The notes under the pieces were generated by a model that ran no database searches, was not told the origin of the DNA, and saw nothing but the letters and a program-made list of their open reading frames with translations. A stretch of 64,000 nt of DNA from an uncultured delta proteobacterium. Lineage in GTDB: Bacteria > Desulfobacterota > Desulfomonilia > UBA1062. The position numbers and the translations under genes were made by a program. Of this stretch, positions 48,902-58,765 are shown piece by piece (within the stretch, counting starts at the first letter, position 1; every line of letters starts with the position of its first letter). The stretch is from contig CAWCTR010000007.1 in NCBI GenBank assembly GCA_963798485.1, positions 288,001 through 352,000 on the forward strand, read 5' to 3'.

Positions 48902-51079
48902 TTACCCCTTAACCGGCAGCTCTATGCTGAAGATGGTGCCTTTCGGCTCGTTGTCTTTGACTCGAATAAATCCGTTATGGTCCGAGATGATCCTGTTCAC
49001 GATCACCAGGCCCAGTCCCGTGCCGCCCTTCTTGGTGGAGAAGTACGGCTCAAACATCCGCTCCTTTACGTTCTTGGGGATACCGGGGCCCGTATCAATA
49101 ATATCCAGCTTTGCAATGTGCACATCCGCGTCATAACTGGTCCTGATGGTAATCTTCTTCACAGGGCTGTTGCTCTCCAGGATGGCAGTAGTAGAATTTT
49201 CCAGAAGATTTGTGACGGCCCTGTTCATCTGGGAGCTGTCGATGTCCACTTTCGGTATCCCCTCATCCAGATCGAGGACATATTCCAAGCTCTGGTGGGC
49301 CTGCCGGTACAGCGCTACGGCATCGGCGACCACCTTGTTTAAGTCCTCTGGTCTCGGCATGGATGTGGGCATCTTTGCAAAGGCGGAAAATTCGTTTACC
49401 AGCCGCTTCATCACATCCACCTCGTTGATGATGACCCTTGTGCACTCGTCAAAGACCCCCGAATCGTCCCCGAGCTTGTCCAGGTATCTGCGCCTGAGCC
49501 TCTGGGCAGAGAGCTGTATGGGGGTGAGCGGGTTTTTCACCTCGTGGGCGATCCTGCGGGCCACCTCGCGCCATGCGGCCATGCGCTGCATGCGTTGGAG
49601 CTGGGTAAGATCATCGAAAAAAAGCACCATGCCGATGCGCTCGAAATTATCGCCATGAAGAACAGAGGCCTGACCGAGCAGCGTAAGCCACTTTCCGTCC
49701 AAGGAAAGGGTAAGCTGTTTCTGGATAGAGGATGTCCTGGTCTTATTAAGCCCTGATATCAGCTCGGTGTAGATGGGCAGATATTCACCCGAGAGAACCT
49801 CATCAACCCCTTTGCCCATGGTCTTTTCCGAAGAGAGTCCGAGCATGGATTCCGCCGAGGGATTGATCCATACAATCTGGTCATCTTTATTGATGTTGAT
49901 CACCCCTGCAGAGATGGTATTGAGGACCGCCAAGATATAGCGGGTTCTCATGGAGATTTCATTGTATGCGCTCTCAAGGTTTCTGCGTGAGTCTTTGAGG
50001 TCATCCACCATGATATTGAAGTCGTCCACCAGTATCCCCAGTTCATCGTTAGCCTTCATCTCGATCTTGAACCCCAGATCGCCCTTGGAGATTTTTTGGG
50101 TGCCTTCCACGAGCTTCTCGATGGGGTTGAGAAGGCCCTTGGCGATATTCAATGCGAACCAGACCGCAGAGAAGATCACCAGCAGGGTCACCGATGTCAG
50201 CAGGATGATGTAATTCGTCTTGAGGGGACCTTTAAGCCTAAGACTCTGGGAATAGTCCTTAAATGAACCCTTGATGAGACTGAGCCTTGCCGAGAGACTC
50301 TCCGGGACATAGTAATCCGCTACAAGGACACCCACGATGTCCTTCGGATTGAAGGACGACTGGATGGGCACGATCCCCTCTATGATGTCCGCCTTGCCCT
50401 TACGCACAACCTGGGACATACCCGTGCCCTGCATGGCGGACCTGACAATGCCGGATTCGGGGCTCGGCATGGCCTCGGCCTGGATGGAAGGCGAGATGAT
50501 CTTCACCAGCTCTTCTCCCTGGGCCGAAAAGACCACCACGGAAGACAGCCGGAACAGGATCATCTTCTCTTCCAGCAATGCCTTGAGAATTTTAAGGTTG
50601 TCTTCCTTCAGTAACCTGCGCTCGGTGATCTCCTTGGAAATAGAGGTGGCATAATGGATGGAATCCACAGAGGCTTCATTATAATAGATGTTTGCCACGT
50701 TCATGGATTCCTCAATAGCGGTTTCCACCTCGGTAGAAAGCCATCCTTCCATGCTCCGGTTCAGGAAGACCACACTGGCAAAGAACAGCAAGGCAGTGGG
50801 TATGGTGGTCAGGGTTACAAAGGCCACCACAAGCTTGGTCCTCAGTCTGGTGCCAAGGACCCCCCTCCTGCGTTCGAGCATGAGCTTTACGACATTGCGG
50901 ATTACCAGGAAGACCACCAGGATGAGCAGAACTACATTGAGGCTGATCACGGTAAATACAACTGCATTGGAAGATGGTACGAGCCCTAGGGTGCTCATGT
51001 TTGTCTTTACAATACTCATGAGGATCATCACGATGATGATGCCCCCTACAATGATCATCTCCTTGGTCTTCTTAGACAT
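48902..51079 (-). CDS. ntrY: HAMP/PAS sensor histidine kinase, NtrY-like
   Basis: AWREVARRIAHEVKNPLTPIQLSAQRL, GTGLGL. Confidence 0.93.
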   Translation of the reverse strand: MSKKTKEMIIVGGIIIVMILMSIVKTNMSTLGLVPSSNAVVFTVISLNVVLLILVVFLVIRNVVKLMLERRRGVLGTRLRTKLVVAFVTLTTIPTALLFFASVVFLNRSMEGWLSTEVETAIEESMNVANIYYNEASVDSIHYATSISKEITERRLLKEDNLKILKALLEEKMILFRLSSVVVFSAQGEELVKIISPSIQAEAMPSPESGIVRSAMQGTGMSQVVRKGKADIIEGIVPIQSSFNPKDIVGVLVADYYVPESLSARLSLIKGSFKDYSQSLRLKGPLKTNYIILLTSVTLLVIFSAVWFALNIAKGLLNPIEKLVEGTQKISKGDLGFKIEMKANDELGILVDDFNIMVDDLKDSRRNLESAYNEISMRTRYILAVLNTISAGVININKDDQIVWINPSAESMLGLSSEKTMGKGVDEVLSGEYLPIYTELISGLNKTRTSSIQKQLTLSLDGKWLTLLGQASVLHGDNFERIGMVLFFDDLTQLQRMQRMAAWREVARRIAHEVKNPLTPIQLSAQRLRRRYLDKLGDDSGVFDECTRVIINEVDVMKRLVNEFSAFAKMPTSMPRPEDLNKVVADAVALYRQAHQSLEYVLDLDEGIPKVDIDSSQMNRAVTNLLENSTTAILESNSPVKKITIRTSYDADVHIAKLDIIDTGPGIPKNVKERMFEPYFSTKKGGTGLGLVIVNRIISDHNGFIRVKDNEPKGTIFSIELPVKG

Positions 51080-51083
51080 GTCT

Positions 51084-51902
51084 TTATTCCTGCCCCTGTT
51101 GGCATAGGCCTAAGTAGACCTGTTTCGCAAGACGAATGTGCAAGGTATGGTTTGCCTTTACCGCAATGATTCGAGCTTCAAGCGGCGCACCTAGGGTCCA
51201 CAGATCCCCCAGTATGTCCAGGACCTTGTGGCGGACGAATTCATCGGGAAAACGCAGGCCTTCAAGATTGATGATGCGGTCATGGTCCACCAATACGGCG
51301 TTGTGAAGTCCGCCACCCAGCGCAAGCCCTGCGGCACGCATCATCTCTACGTCCTGTAGCCTTCCGAATGTTCGGGCAGGGGCGATCTGATTTGCATAAT
51401 CCTCACCTCTGTAACTGAACCGCTGAAGCCCTATGGCAGGGTCGGGAAAGTCGATCTCATAGGACAGGCTGAACGGCCCCGGTATGGCCTCGATCCATGC
51501 ATCTCCATCTTCTAAACGTATCGGTGAAGCAAGCACAATGGGGCCTTGCAAAGGGCCTAATGATTCAATACCTGCCTCCTCCAGGAGCCGGACAAAGGGC
51601 AGGGCAGAACCATCCATGGCAGGCATCTCATCGCCTGTCACGTAGATAGCGCAGTCGGTGATAAAAAGACCGGACATGGCGGACATGAGGTGCTCTATGG
51701 TGGATATGGACACAAAATCATCACCAAGGGTGGTGTTCGACCTGGTGTTGATGACATTCATGGGTGTGGCGGGAATCCGTCTCCCGTCTTTGAAGAACAC
51801 AATCCCATCTGAATTCGGCTTCAATCTTAAAGTGATAGCAGCCCCCTTGTGGAGGCCTGTACCCTCGATTATCAGCTCTTTACGAATAGTCCTTCGCTCC
51901 AT
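51084..51902 (-). CDS. lpxC: UDP-3-O-acyl-GlcNAc deacetylase
   Basis: GTGLHKG, TIEHLMSA, PARTFG, EFVRHKVLD. Confidence 0.95.
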   Translation of the reverse strand: MERRTIRKELIIEGTGLHKGAAITLRLKPNSDGIVFFKDGRRIPATPMNVINTRSNTTLGDDFVSISTIEHLMSAMSGLFITDCAIYVTGDEMPAMDGSALPFVRLLEEAGIESLGPLQGPIVLASPIRLEDGDAWIEAIPGPFSLSYEIDFPDPAIGLQRFSYRGEDYANQIAPARTFGRLQDVEMMRAAGLALGGGLHNAVLVDHDRIINLEGLRFPDEFVRHKVLDILGDLWTLGAPLEARIIAVKANHTLHIRLAKQVYLGLCQQGQE

Positions 51903-52040
51903 GGCACAACCTAGATTATGTAAGGTGCCCCCATTAGTCAAATCCTATTGTTCCGCTCACGACGAGGTATGCTTACCAAGAGTATGATCCTGATGTGTGC
52001 ATTTGACATGGCTTTATAAAATGCTTTATAGAGCTATACC

Positions 52041-52328
52041 ATGTTCGAACTCAGCCTCCCTCACATACTCATTCTCCTTGCCATTGCCTTGCTCGTCATC
52101 GGGCCGAAGAACCTGCCCGATATTGCAAAGACCCTGGGCAGGATGTTCGGTGAATTCCAGAGGGCTGTAGACGATCTCAAACACGAGATAAAGACCGCAT
52201 CCGACATCAAGCCGGCCAACGAAAGCGAGCAGAAGCCCCCGGAAGAGAAGACCCCTGAGCCTGCAGCAAGCACCGAGAAGGACGCCGCGGCCCCGGACAC
52301 AAAGACCCCGCCCGAGAAGAATTCTTAA
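52041..52328 (+). CDS. tatB: Tat translocase TatA/TatB subunit
   Basis: IALLVIGPKNLP; precedes tatC. Confidence 0.85.
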   Translation: MFELSLPHILILLAIALLVIGPKNLPDIAKTLGRMFGEFQRAVDDLKHEIKTASDIKPANESEQKPPEEKTPEPAASTEKDAAAPDTKTPPEKNS

Positions 52329-52353
52329 AGTATCTTTGAACGAGGAACCACAC

Positions 52354-53070
52354 GTGGAAGATGAGAAACTGCCGGTAACCGACCATCTTGAAGAGCTCAG
52401 AGGCAGGATCATCAAGTGCTTCATTGCGGTTATTGTGGGGTTTCTCCTTTCCTATACGTTCTCCCGGCAGCTCTTTGATTTTCTGACCTCTCCCCTTCTC
52501 AAGGCCATGCCCCATGGGGGAAAGCTTATTTACACCTCGCTGCAGGAGGCCTTTGTCACCTACATGAAGATCTCGTTTTTTGCAGGGCTCTTCATGGCGG
52601 CACCGGTGATCTTCTACCAGATCTGGAAATTCGTGATTCCGGGCCTGTATGAGAAGGAGCGCACCTATGTAGTGCCCTTTGTAATCATGGCATGCGTCTT
52701 CTTTATCATAGGGGCGTCCTTTGCCTTTTTTGTGGCCTTCCCCTTTGCATTCAGGTTCTTCCTCAGTTTCACGAATGATCGTATCCAGGCCCTGCCCTCC
52801 ATGAAGGAATACCTGAGCCTTTGCATGAGCCTGATCATAGCCTTCGGCATCACCTTCGAGCTGCCGGTGATCATGTTCTTCCTTGCCAGGATGGGGCTCG
52901 TGAACCATACCAAGCTGAAGAAATACCGGAAATACGCGGTCCTCATCATTGCCTGCGCTGCGGCCTTCCTTACCCCACCAGATATTTTAAGCATGATATT
53001 GCTTATCATCCCTTTGTATTTCCTCTATGAGCTTAGTATCCTGGTAGTCTACTTCACCAGCAAAAAGTAG
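52354..53070 (+). CDS. tatC: Tat translocase TatC
   Basis: HLEELRGR, QIWKFVIPGLYEKE, FELP, TPPD; GTG start after GAGG (TTG 52336 possible). Confidence 0.96.
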   Translation: MEDEKLPVTDHLEELRGRIIKCFIAVIVGFLLSYTFSRQLFDFLTSPLLKAMPHGGKLIYTSLQEAFVTYMKISFFAGLFMAAPVIFYQIWKFVIPGLYEKERTYVVPFVIMACVFFIIGASFAFFVAFPFAFRFFLSFTNDRIQALPSMKEYLSLCMSLIIAFGITFELPVIMFFLARMGLVNHTKLKKYRKYAVLIIACAAAFLTPPDILSMILLIIPLYFLYELSILVVYFTSKK

Positions 53071-53079
53071 GATGCACAT

Positions 53080-53943
53080 ATGAAAAGCGCGGTTACCTAT
53101 GGGCTTTCCTCTTTTATTATCGTTGTTTTTTCTTTTCTCTTTATCATCATACCGTCATCTTCCTACGGCCAGGACCGGGCGCCCTTGAGGATCGTGTCGC
53201 TGGCGCCAAATATCACCAGGGAGATCTATGACCTGGGTGCTGAGAGCCTGCTTATCGGCGTGACAAGCTACTCGCCGGTAAGGGCCGGCTCCGGCAAACA
53301 GATGGTGGGATCGCCTGTGCGCATCAATATCGAGAAGACCTATTCGTTAAGGCCACAGCTCGTGCTGGCAAGCACGGACTGCAATAGCAAGTCGGATGTT
53401 GAGACGCTGAAAAAGCTAGGATGCAAGGTCCATGTCTTCAACGGGTGCGAGAGCTTCGCATGTATGTGTATGGCCTTTAAAGAGCTCGGCGTCATGCTGG
53501 GGAGGTCTCAGCGGGCCGAGGGTATCATTGGAGAGGTTAGGGCGCAGATGGACATCATCCAGGCGAAGATCCATGGCCGGAAAAGTCTGAAGGTGTTCTG
53601 GCAGCTTGGCGAGAACCCTCTTGTGACTGCAAGCGACGCTACCTTTTCAGGCGAGCTTCTGTGCAGGGCAGGGTGCGTCAATATCTTTGGGGATGCCCCC
53701 ATGCACTATCCACGGGTAAATGCGGAAGAGGTCATCAAGCGCAACCCCGATGTCATTGTGGTGGTAAGCCAGATGGGATCGGGTTCCACCGGGTCTGTAT
53801 GGGGCCGGTTCGGCACTATCAATGCGGTAAGCAAGAAACGGGTCTATGATCTCTCGGCGGACATAGTCTGCCAGCCCACTCCACTCATGTACCTCAAGGG
53901 ATATAAAGCGGTATTGGCCATGCTTTACCCTGGTATTTTATGA
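53080..53943 (+). CDS. Cobalamin/Fe-siderophore ABC substrate-binding protein (BtuF-like)
   Basis: RIVSLAPNITREI, NIEK, EEVIKRNPDVI. Confidence 0.88.
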   Translation: MKSAVTYGLSSFIIVVFSFLFIIIPSSSYGQDRAPLRIVSLAPNITREIYDLGAESLLIGVTSYSPVRAGSGKQMVGSPVRINIEKTYSLRPQLVLASTDCNSKSDVETLKKLGCKVHVFNGCESFACMCMAFKELGVMLGRSQRAEGIIGEVRAQMDIIQAKIHGRKSLKVFWQLGENPLVTASDATFSGELLCRAGCVNIFGDAPMHYPRVNAEEVIKRNPDVIVVVSQMGSGSTGSVWGRFGTINAVSKKRVYDLSADIVCQPTPLMYLKGYKAVLAMLYPGIL

Positions 53944-54926
53944 ACAGGATTCCCACCTTTCTCATCTTAGGTTTTCTGCTGGTATGTGCGCTTATCCTGG
54001 CCGTTTTTATGGGAGGGGCGGAACTACCCGCAGCAACCGTCATCGATGCGCTGATCCACCCGAGGTCGAGTGGCATAGCGCATACCCTCATCTGGGAACT
54101 GCGCCTCCCGCGGGTCATAAGGGCCGTAGTGGTAGGCGCAGGCCTTGCAGGATGCGGGGTGGCATTCCAGGCTGTGCTGAGAAATCCGTTGGCTGAGCCC
54201 TTCACATTGGGGGTCTCTGCCGGCGGGGCCCTCGGGGCCACCATTGCCATAACCCTGGGGCTTTCAGGCCTGTCCATGGTGGGGCTTTGCTTTGCAGGGT
54301 GCCTCATGAGTATTACCGCGGTGATCTTAATGTCCACCCTGAAGGATTTTTCCACCACGACCATCATCCTCAGCGGTGTGGTCTTGAGCTTCCTATTGTC
54401 CTCGGTGGTAATGTTCATCTTCACCATAGCCACATCCCGTGAGGTCCATACATCCATCCTCTGGATCATGGGCAGCCTCAGCTCCACCGATACCCTGTCA
54501 ACGCCCGTGATCATCATGATAGTGTTTCCCCTTATCCTGCTGCTCAGCTTGTTGACGCGGGACATGAACCTCATCTCACTTGGAGACGAAAAAGCCCACC
54601 TCCTCGGCTTTTCTCCAGGCATGCTCAAGACAGTACTGCTCGGGCTCGCTTCGTTGATCACGGGGGTCTGTGTGGCCATCTCCGGCATCATAGGTTTCGT
54701 GGGGCTCATCATCCCCCATGCCATGCGGCGGGTAGTAGGTGCGGACCATCAGGTGCTCCTGGCGGCATCCATGCTCGCAGGGGGCACCTTCCTGTTGTTG
54801 TGTGATACGCTCTCCCAGGTCATTATCAGGCCCTATGAATTGCCGGTTGGGGTAATCACCGGTATCGCAGGCGGTGTCTTCTTTCTGGCATACCTTCTCA
54901 GGGCCTCTCCCCCGGAGGTTATCTAA
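53940..54926 (+). CDS. FecCD/BtuC family permease
   Basis: LRLPR, RNPLAEP, GIIGFVGLIIPH, ELPVG. Confidence 0.93.
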   Translation: MNRIPTFLILGFLLVCALILAVFMGGAELPAATVIDALIHPRSSGIAHTLIWELRLPRVIRAVVVGAGLAGCGVAFQAVLRNPLAEPFTLGVSAGGALGATIAITLGLSGLSMVGLCFAGCLMSITAVILMSTLKDFSTTTIILSGVVLSFLLSSVVMFIFTIATSREVHTSILWIMGSLSSTDTLSTPVIIMIVFPLILLLSLLTRDMNLISLGDEKAHLLGFSPGMLKTVLLGLASLITGVCVAISGIIGFVGLIIPHAMRRVVGADHQVLLAASMLAGGTFLLLCDTLSQVIIRPYELPVGVITGIAGGVFFLAYLLRASPPEVI

Positions 54927-55712
54927 ATGACAGGGCTCAGGGTGGAAAACCTGACTGCCGGGTATCAGAACCACCCGGTGGTAGACAGGGTATCCTTTGA
55001 TGTTAACCCAGGGGGCATTTTCGGGCTTATCGGGCCCAACGGAAGCGGCAAGACCACCCTGTTCAAGTGCATATGCGCCCTCATGGAACCCTGGGGAGGG
55101 AAGGTATTCCTGGGAGATGAAGACATCTCGGCAATGCCCAGGAAGAAGCTTGCCCGCAAGGCCGCCTTCATCCCCCAGATCCATTCAGTATCCTTCCCAT
55201 ATACGGTGGAGGAATACGTGTTTATGGGAAGGTATCCCCATCGCGGCAGGATGATGCCCTTTACGCCCTCAGACCAGCGGATCGTTGAGGAGACCATGTC
55301 AATGCTCGACCTCACTGAGGTCAGGGCACAGCGGATCCAGCGGCTCTCGGGTGGAGAGATGCAGCGGGTGTTCCTTGCATGCGGGCTTGCCCAGAAGCCC
55401 GAGATCCTCCTCATGGATGAACCCACCACGCACCTGGACATCGGCCACCAAATGAGTCTGCTGGACCTGGTAAAAGGGCTCTCCGGCAACTGCGGGCTCA
55501 CCGTGCTGGTAACCATGCACGACCTCAACCTGGCCAGCCTCTACTGTACATCCATCGCACTCATGGACCATGGCCGCATCCACGCACAAGGGAGTCCGGA
55601 AGAGGTTCTCACTGCACAGAATATCGAACATGTGTACCGGGCCCGGGTGGAAGTAGGGAAAGACCCGGTATTGTTAAAACCGCATATATTCTTCGTGCCG
55701 GGGCGGAAATAG
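54927..55712 (+). CDS. BtuD/FepC-like ABC ATP-binding protein
   Basis: GPNGSGKTT, LSGGE, DEPTTHLD, HDLNLA. Confidence 0.93.
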   Translation: MTGLRVENLTAGYQNHPVVDRVSFDVNPGGIFGLIGPNGSGKTTLFKCICALMEPWGGKVFLGDEDISAMPRKKLARKAAFIPQIHSVSFPYTVEEYVFMGRYPHRGRMMPFTPSDQRIVEETMSMLDLTEVRAQRIQRLSGGEMQRVFLACGLAQKPEILLMDEPTTHLDIGHQMSLLDLVKGLSGNCGLTVLVTMHDLNLASLYCTSIALMDHGRIHAQGSPEEVLTAQNIEHVYRARVEVGKDPVLLKPHIFFVPGRK

Positions 55713-55880
55713 GATGCCTCCACGCATCACCCATCTCACATTTCATTCAATGCCATTAAACATTCTTTTCAATGGATCCTGGGTTTCTCAGGTCCGGTCC
55801 GTATCATACTTGAGCGGCAATTCAGTTAATCGTAAGCAATATTGTTGGGTTAACAGGCATCATTCATTCTGTCCGCGCAA

Positions 55881-55897
55881 TTGGCATGGTTAGTGCT
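55881..55897 (+). promoter_or_regulatory. Sigma54-type promoter
   Basis: TTGGCATGGTTAGTGCT (GG-N10-GC) upstream of two small membrane genes. Confidence 0.65.
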
Positions 55898-55933
55898 CAT
55901 TACATAAGCATCAAGCAATTATGAAGGGGGTCA

Positions 55934-56215
55934 ATGACAATGAAAAAGATAATCCAGACAATAATCGTAGCAATGTTCGTGGTCATGATTACCGGTACGT
56001 TTGCCTTTGCCGCAGCAGCAACGTCAGGTGGCAACAGCTTCCCCTACTTCCACCTTGGCTGTCTGATCATGGGCGGGCTCACCATCATCTCTTTGAAGTA
56101 TCGCTATGAGAGGATGTACCTCAGCGAGGCAGTGGGATCTTTCGCGCTGTATGCAGTGCTCGTTGCCCTGTTCACCGCACCGGTCATCGAGGCGGTAAAG
56201 GGCCTGGTAAGCTGA
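55934..56215 (+). CDS. Small hypothetical membrane protein with signal-peptide-like N-terminus
   Basis: RBS GGGGG, AFA cleavage-like site, two further TM helices. Confidence 0.78.
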   Translation: MTMKKIIQTIIVAMFVVMITGTFAFAAAATSGGNSFPYFHLGCLIMGGLTIISLKYRYERMYLSEAVGSFALYAVLVALFTAPVIEAVKGLVS

Positions 56216-56301
56216 GAAGGTCATATATAGGTGAGGTTATCAAGCCCTGAGAGTCGAAGTGCCGGGAACGGGAGGGTAAAGAAGGAGAGGAGGTAACAGC
56301 C

Positions 56302-56565
56302 ATGAAAAGGGTTAAAAAAGACAAACTCAATAACAAGAATCTCAACCATATCATCCTCATGAGTGCGTGGAGCTTCACCCTGGTTATCTCCTCCTTCCTG
56401 TTCATGTTTGTCGGACGGTGGATCGATATGCGGTTCAATACCGAGCCCGCATTTATGCTTGGATTGTTTGTATTGGCAATATCGTTGTGCATCGGGAGAA
56501 TATATATGGATTTCACCAAGACACGAGAGAAGGTTGATTCAAGGGTAAGGCATCATCAGGTGTAG
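56302..56565 (+). CDS. Orphan AtpZ/AtpI family protein
   Basis: RBS GGAGG; GRWIDMRFNTEP motif. Confidence 0.8.
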   Translation: MKRVKKDKLNNKNLNHIILMSAWSFTLVISSFLFMFVGRWIDMRFNTEPAFMLGLFVLAISLCIGRIYMDFTKTREKVDSRVRHHQV

Positions 56566-56616
56566 GTAATTGATTGTTAAATGGATAGGGGGTTTAGCTG
56601 GATCCGTAAAGACTTT

Positions 56617-56991
56617 TTACCGGTCTGCCTCCAGGAGGCTCTGCACCTTGAAAAGGATGATGTGTGCAGGTGAAGGCTTGACGAGATAGAGGTTTGCCCC
56701 TGAATCGTAGGCGAGCTTCTTGTTTTCGACAGTGGCATCGGTGGTGAGCATGATAATGGGGAGATCTTTGTACAGGGGGTCCTGCCTTACTGAGGTGATG
56801 AATTCGATGCCGTCCATGTTGGGCATGTTCAGGTCTGAGATGATGAGCTTTATCTCTGGGTTCTGTGAGAGTTTCTCCAGTGCGTCGAAACCGTCCGAGG
56901 CCTCGATACATCGTAGATTCTTTGTCTTCAGGGTATATGCGAGAAATTTCCTCACCGTACTTGAGTCATCAACAACCAGGATCGTTTCCAT
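56617..56991 (-). CDS. Single-domain response regulator (CheY-like)
   Basis: VVDDS, SDLNMPNMDG, MLTT, KP. Confidence 0.92.
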   Translation of the reverse strand: METILVVDDSSTVRKFLAYTLKTKNLRCIEASDGFDALEKLSQNPEIKLIISDLNMPNMDGIEFITSVRQDPLYKDLPIIMLTTDATVENKKLAYDSGANLYLVKPSPAHIILFKVQSLLEADR

Positions 56992-57007
56992 GAATAAGAA
57001 CCTCCCC

Positions 57008-57868
57008 CTATTCCTTTTTATACCCCAGAGCCCCAGGAAAATGTACAAGCTTGAAAGCCCTTGAAATATTGTGCAAAGATTCGGAGTGGCCGATGAAGAG
57101 ATAACCGCCGTGGTTCAGGCTGTCATAGAGCTGAGAAACAAACCTTTTTCTGGCTGAGTCATCGAAATAGATGAGCACGTTTCTGCAAAAAACGACGTCA
57201 AACCCCTTCATGATCTGCACACGTTTGACATCATTGAGGTTGAGGTACTGGAGGTCCACCAGGTTGTGGACATCATCAATGATACGATATGAGCTTCCGT
57301 CCGGAATGAAAAATGACTGCTTCACCTCAGGCGGTACGGAGCGCAGGGCGTAGTCGCTGTATATGGCGGCCTTGGCTGAGCGTAGCGCCTTTTCACTGAT
57401 GTCGCTGGCAACGATTTTTATGTCCCAGTTAGGGCACTTCTCATTCAAGACCTCTTTGATCACGATGCCTATGGTATATGGTTCTTCACCCGTGGAACAT
57501 CCGGCAGACCAGAGGCGGAGCTGGGGGTCTTGTTGCTTATCTTTGCGGGTTATGATATCGGGGAGTACCTTTTCCTGGAACGCCTGGATCTGCGGCGGGC
57601 TCCGGTAGAAGCTGGTCTCGTTGGTGGTCACCGAGTCAAACAACGCACTCAGTTCCCGTGCCGCCTGGGGATCATATCTGAGCAGGTAATAGTATTTATC
57701 ATAATCGGTAAGGTTATTGGCCTTCAATCGCATGGAGAGCCTGGTCTCAAGCTGGCCCTTTTTGGTATCGGCAAAGTAGATGCCGGACTGTTCATAGATA
57801 AAGTCGCGCAACAGGATAAAGGTCTCATCAGTCATTTGTGGGCAGGTGCTGCCTGAGCTCTCAGCCAT
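57008..57868 (-). CDS. cheR: Protein-glutamate O-methyltransferase CheR
   Basis: TTNETSFYR, WSAGCSTGEEPY, FCRNVLIYF, GHSES. Confidence 0.96.
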   Translation of the reverse strand: MAESSGSTCPQMTDETFILLRDFIYEQSGIYFADTKKGQLETRLSMRLKANNLTDYDKYYYLLRYDPQAARELSALFDSVTTNETSFYRSPPQIQAFQEKVLPDIITRKDKQQDPQLRLWSAGCSTGEEPYTIGIVIKEVLNEKCPNWDIKIVASDISEKALRSAKAAIYSDYALRSVPPEVKQSFFIPDGSSYRIIDDVHNLVDLQYLNLNDVKRVQIMKGFDVVFCRNVLIYFDDSARKRFVSQLYDSLNHGGYLFIGHSESLHNISRAFKLVHFPGALGYKKE

Positions 57869-58763
57869 TGGCCTTCTCCGCCGTTGTGGGATCCATGACC
57901 GTATCGATATAGCCCTTCACCTGGTCGCCGATTGACTCCATCTCAAAGGTAATACGCTCTATGTCAAGGTCATCAAGGTCATAACCTCTTTCTTTGAGGA
58001 CATTCCAGGCTTCTTCATCCGAGAGGATAAAGGACATCCTGTCGCCCCCGCACGATAGCTCCTTGGCCTTTGCCAGGAGGTTCGACATGGAGACGAGTGC
58101 AACCATATCCCGGTGCGTTGCCTGGGACGGCTGATGGTGCCAGAGGATGACATCCCCGAGGTAGGCAGGCAGGTTCCATTTCTGGGCCAGGTAATAACCG
58201 ACCTCCATATGGTTTGTCCCGCATAACTCCATCTCCGTCTCATACATTGGCCGGTCCTTATCAATGGACATGGTGTAGGCTGCAAGGAATTCGTCATGGA
58301 AGTACTGGTCGAGGATGATCTTGCCGATATCGTGCAGAAGCCCTGCTACGAACTCCCTACCCATAGATCTCATACCGAGCTTTTTGTCTATATATCTTGC
58401 AATAAGACCGGCGGCGACACTGTGATCCCAGAAACTCTCCCTGATGGAGACCTCCTTTGCCCTGCGGGATTTGAGTGCGGAAAAGACCGAAAGCGAGGTG
58501 GTGATGTTGATGATCTCGGCAAGTCCCAGAAAGATAATGGCATGGTGCAGGGTCTCGACCTTCCGGTCCCCCCTGCGGTAGAACGTAGAATTGGCCATCC
58601 TCAGCACCTTTGCGGCCAGAGGGGGGTCTTTGTGGATGGACTCGGCGATGATTTGGATTGACACGTCGCTCTGGTGTGCCAGGCTCAAGACCTCGAGCGC
58701 TACAGAGGGTAAAGTAGGGAGATCGTCTATGTTCCGGATTCGCTCGAGCACATGGGCCTGCAT
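57861..58763 (-). CDS. HDOD domain protein
   Basis: LPTLP, VLRMANS, FWDHS, GLLHDIGK. Confidence 0.93.
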   Translation of the reverse strand: MQAHVLERIRNIDDLPTLPSVALEVLSLAHQSDVSIQIIAESIHKDPPLAAKVLRMANSTFYRRGDRKVETLHHAIIFLGLAEIINITTSLSVFSALKSRRAKEVSIRESFWDHSVAAGLIARYIDKKLGMRSMGREFVAGLLHDIGKIILDQYFHDEFLAAYTMSIDKDRPMYETEMELCGTNHMEVGYYLAQKWNLPAYLGDVILWHHQPSQATHRDMVALVSMSNLLAKAKELSCGGDRMSFILSDEEAWNVLKERGYDLDDLDIERITFEMESIGDQVKGYIDTVMDPTTAEKANG

Positions 58764-58765
58764 CT

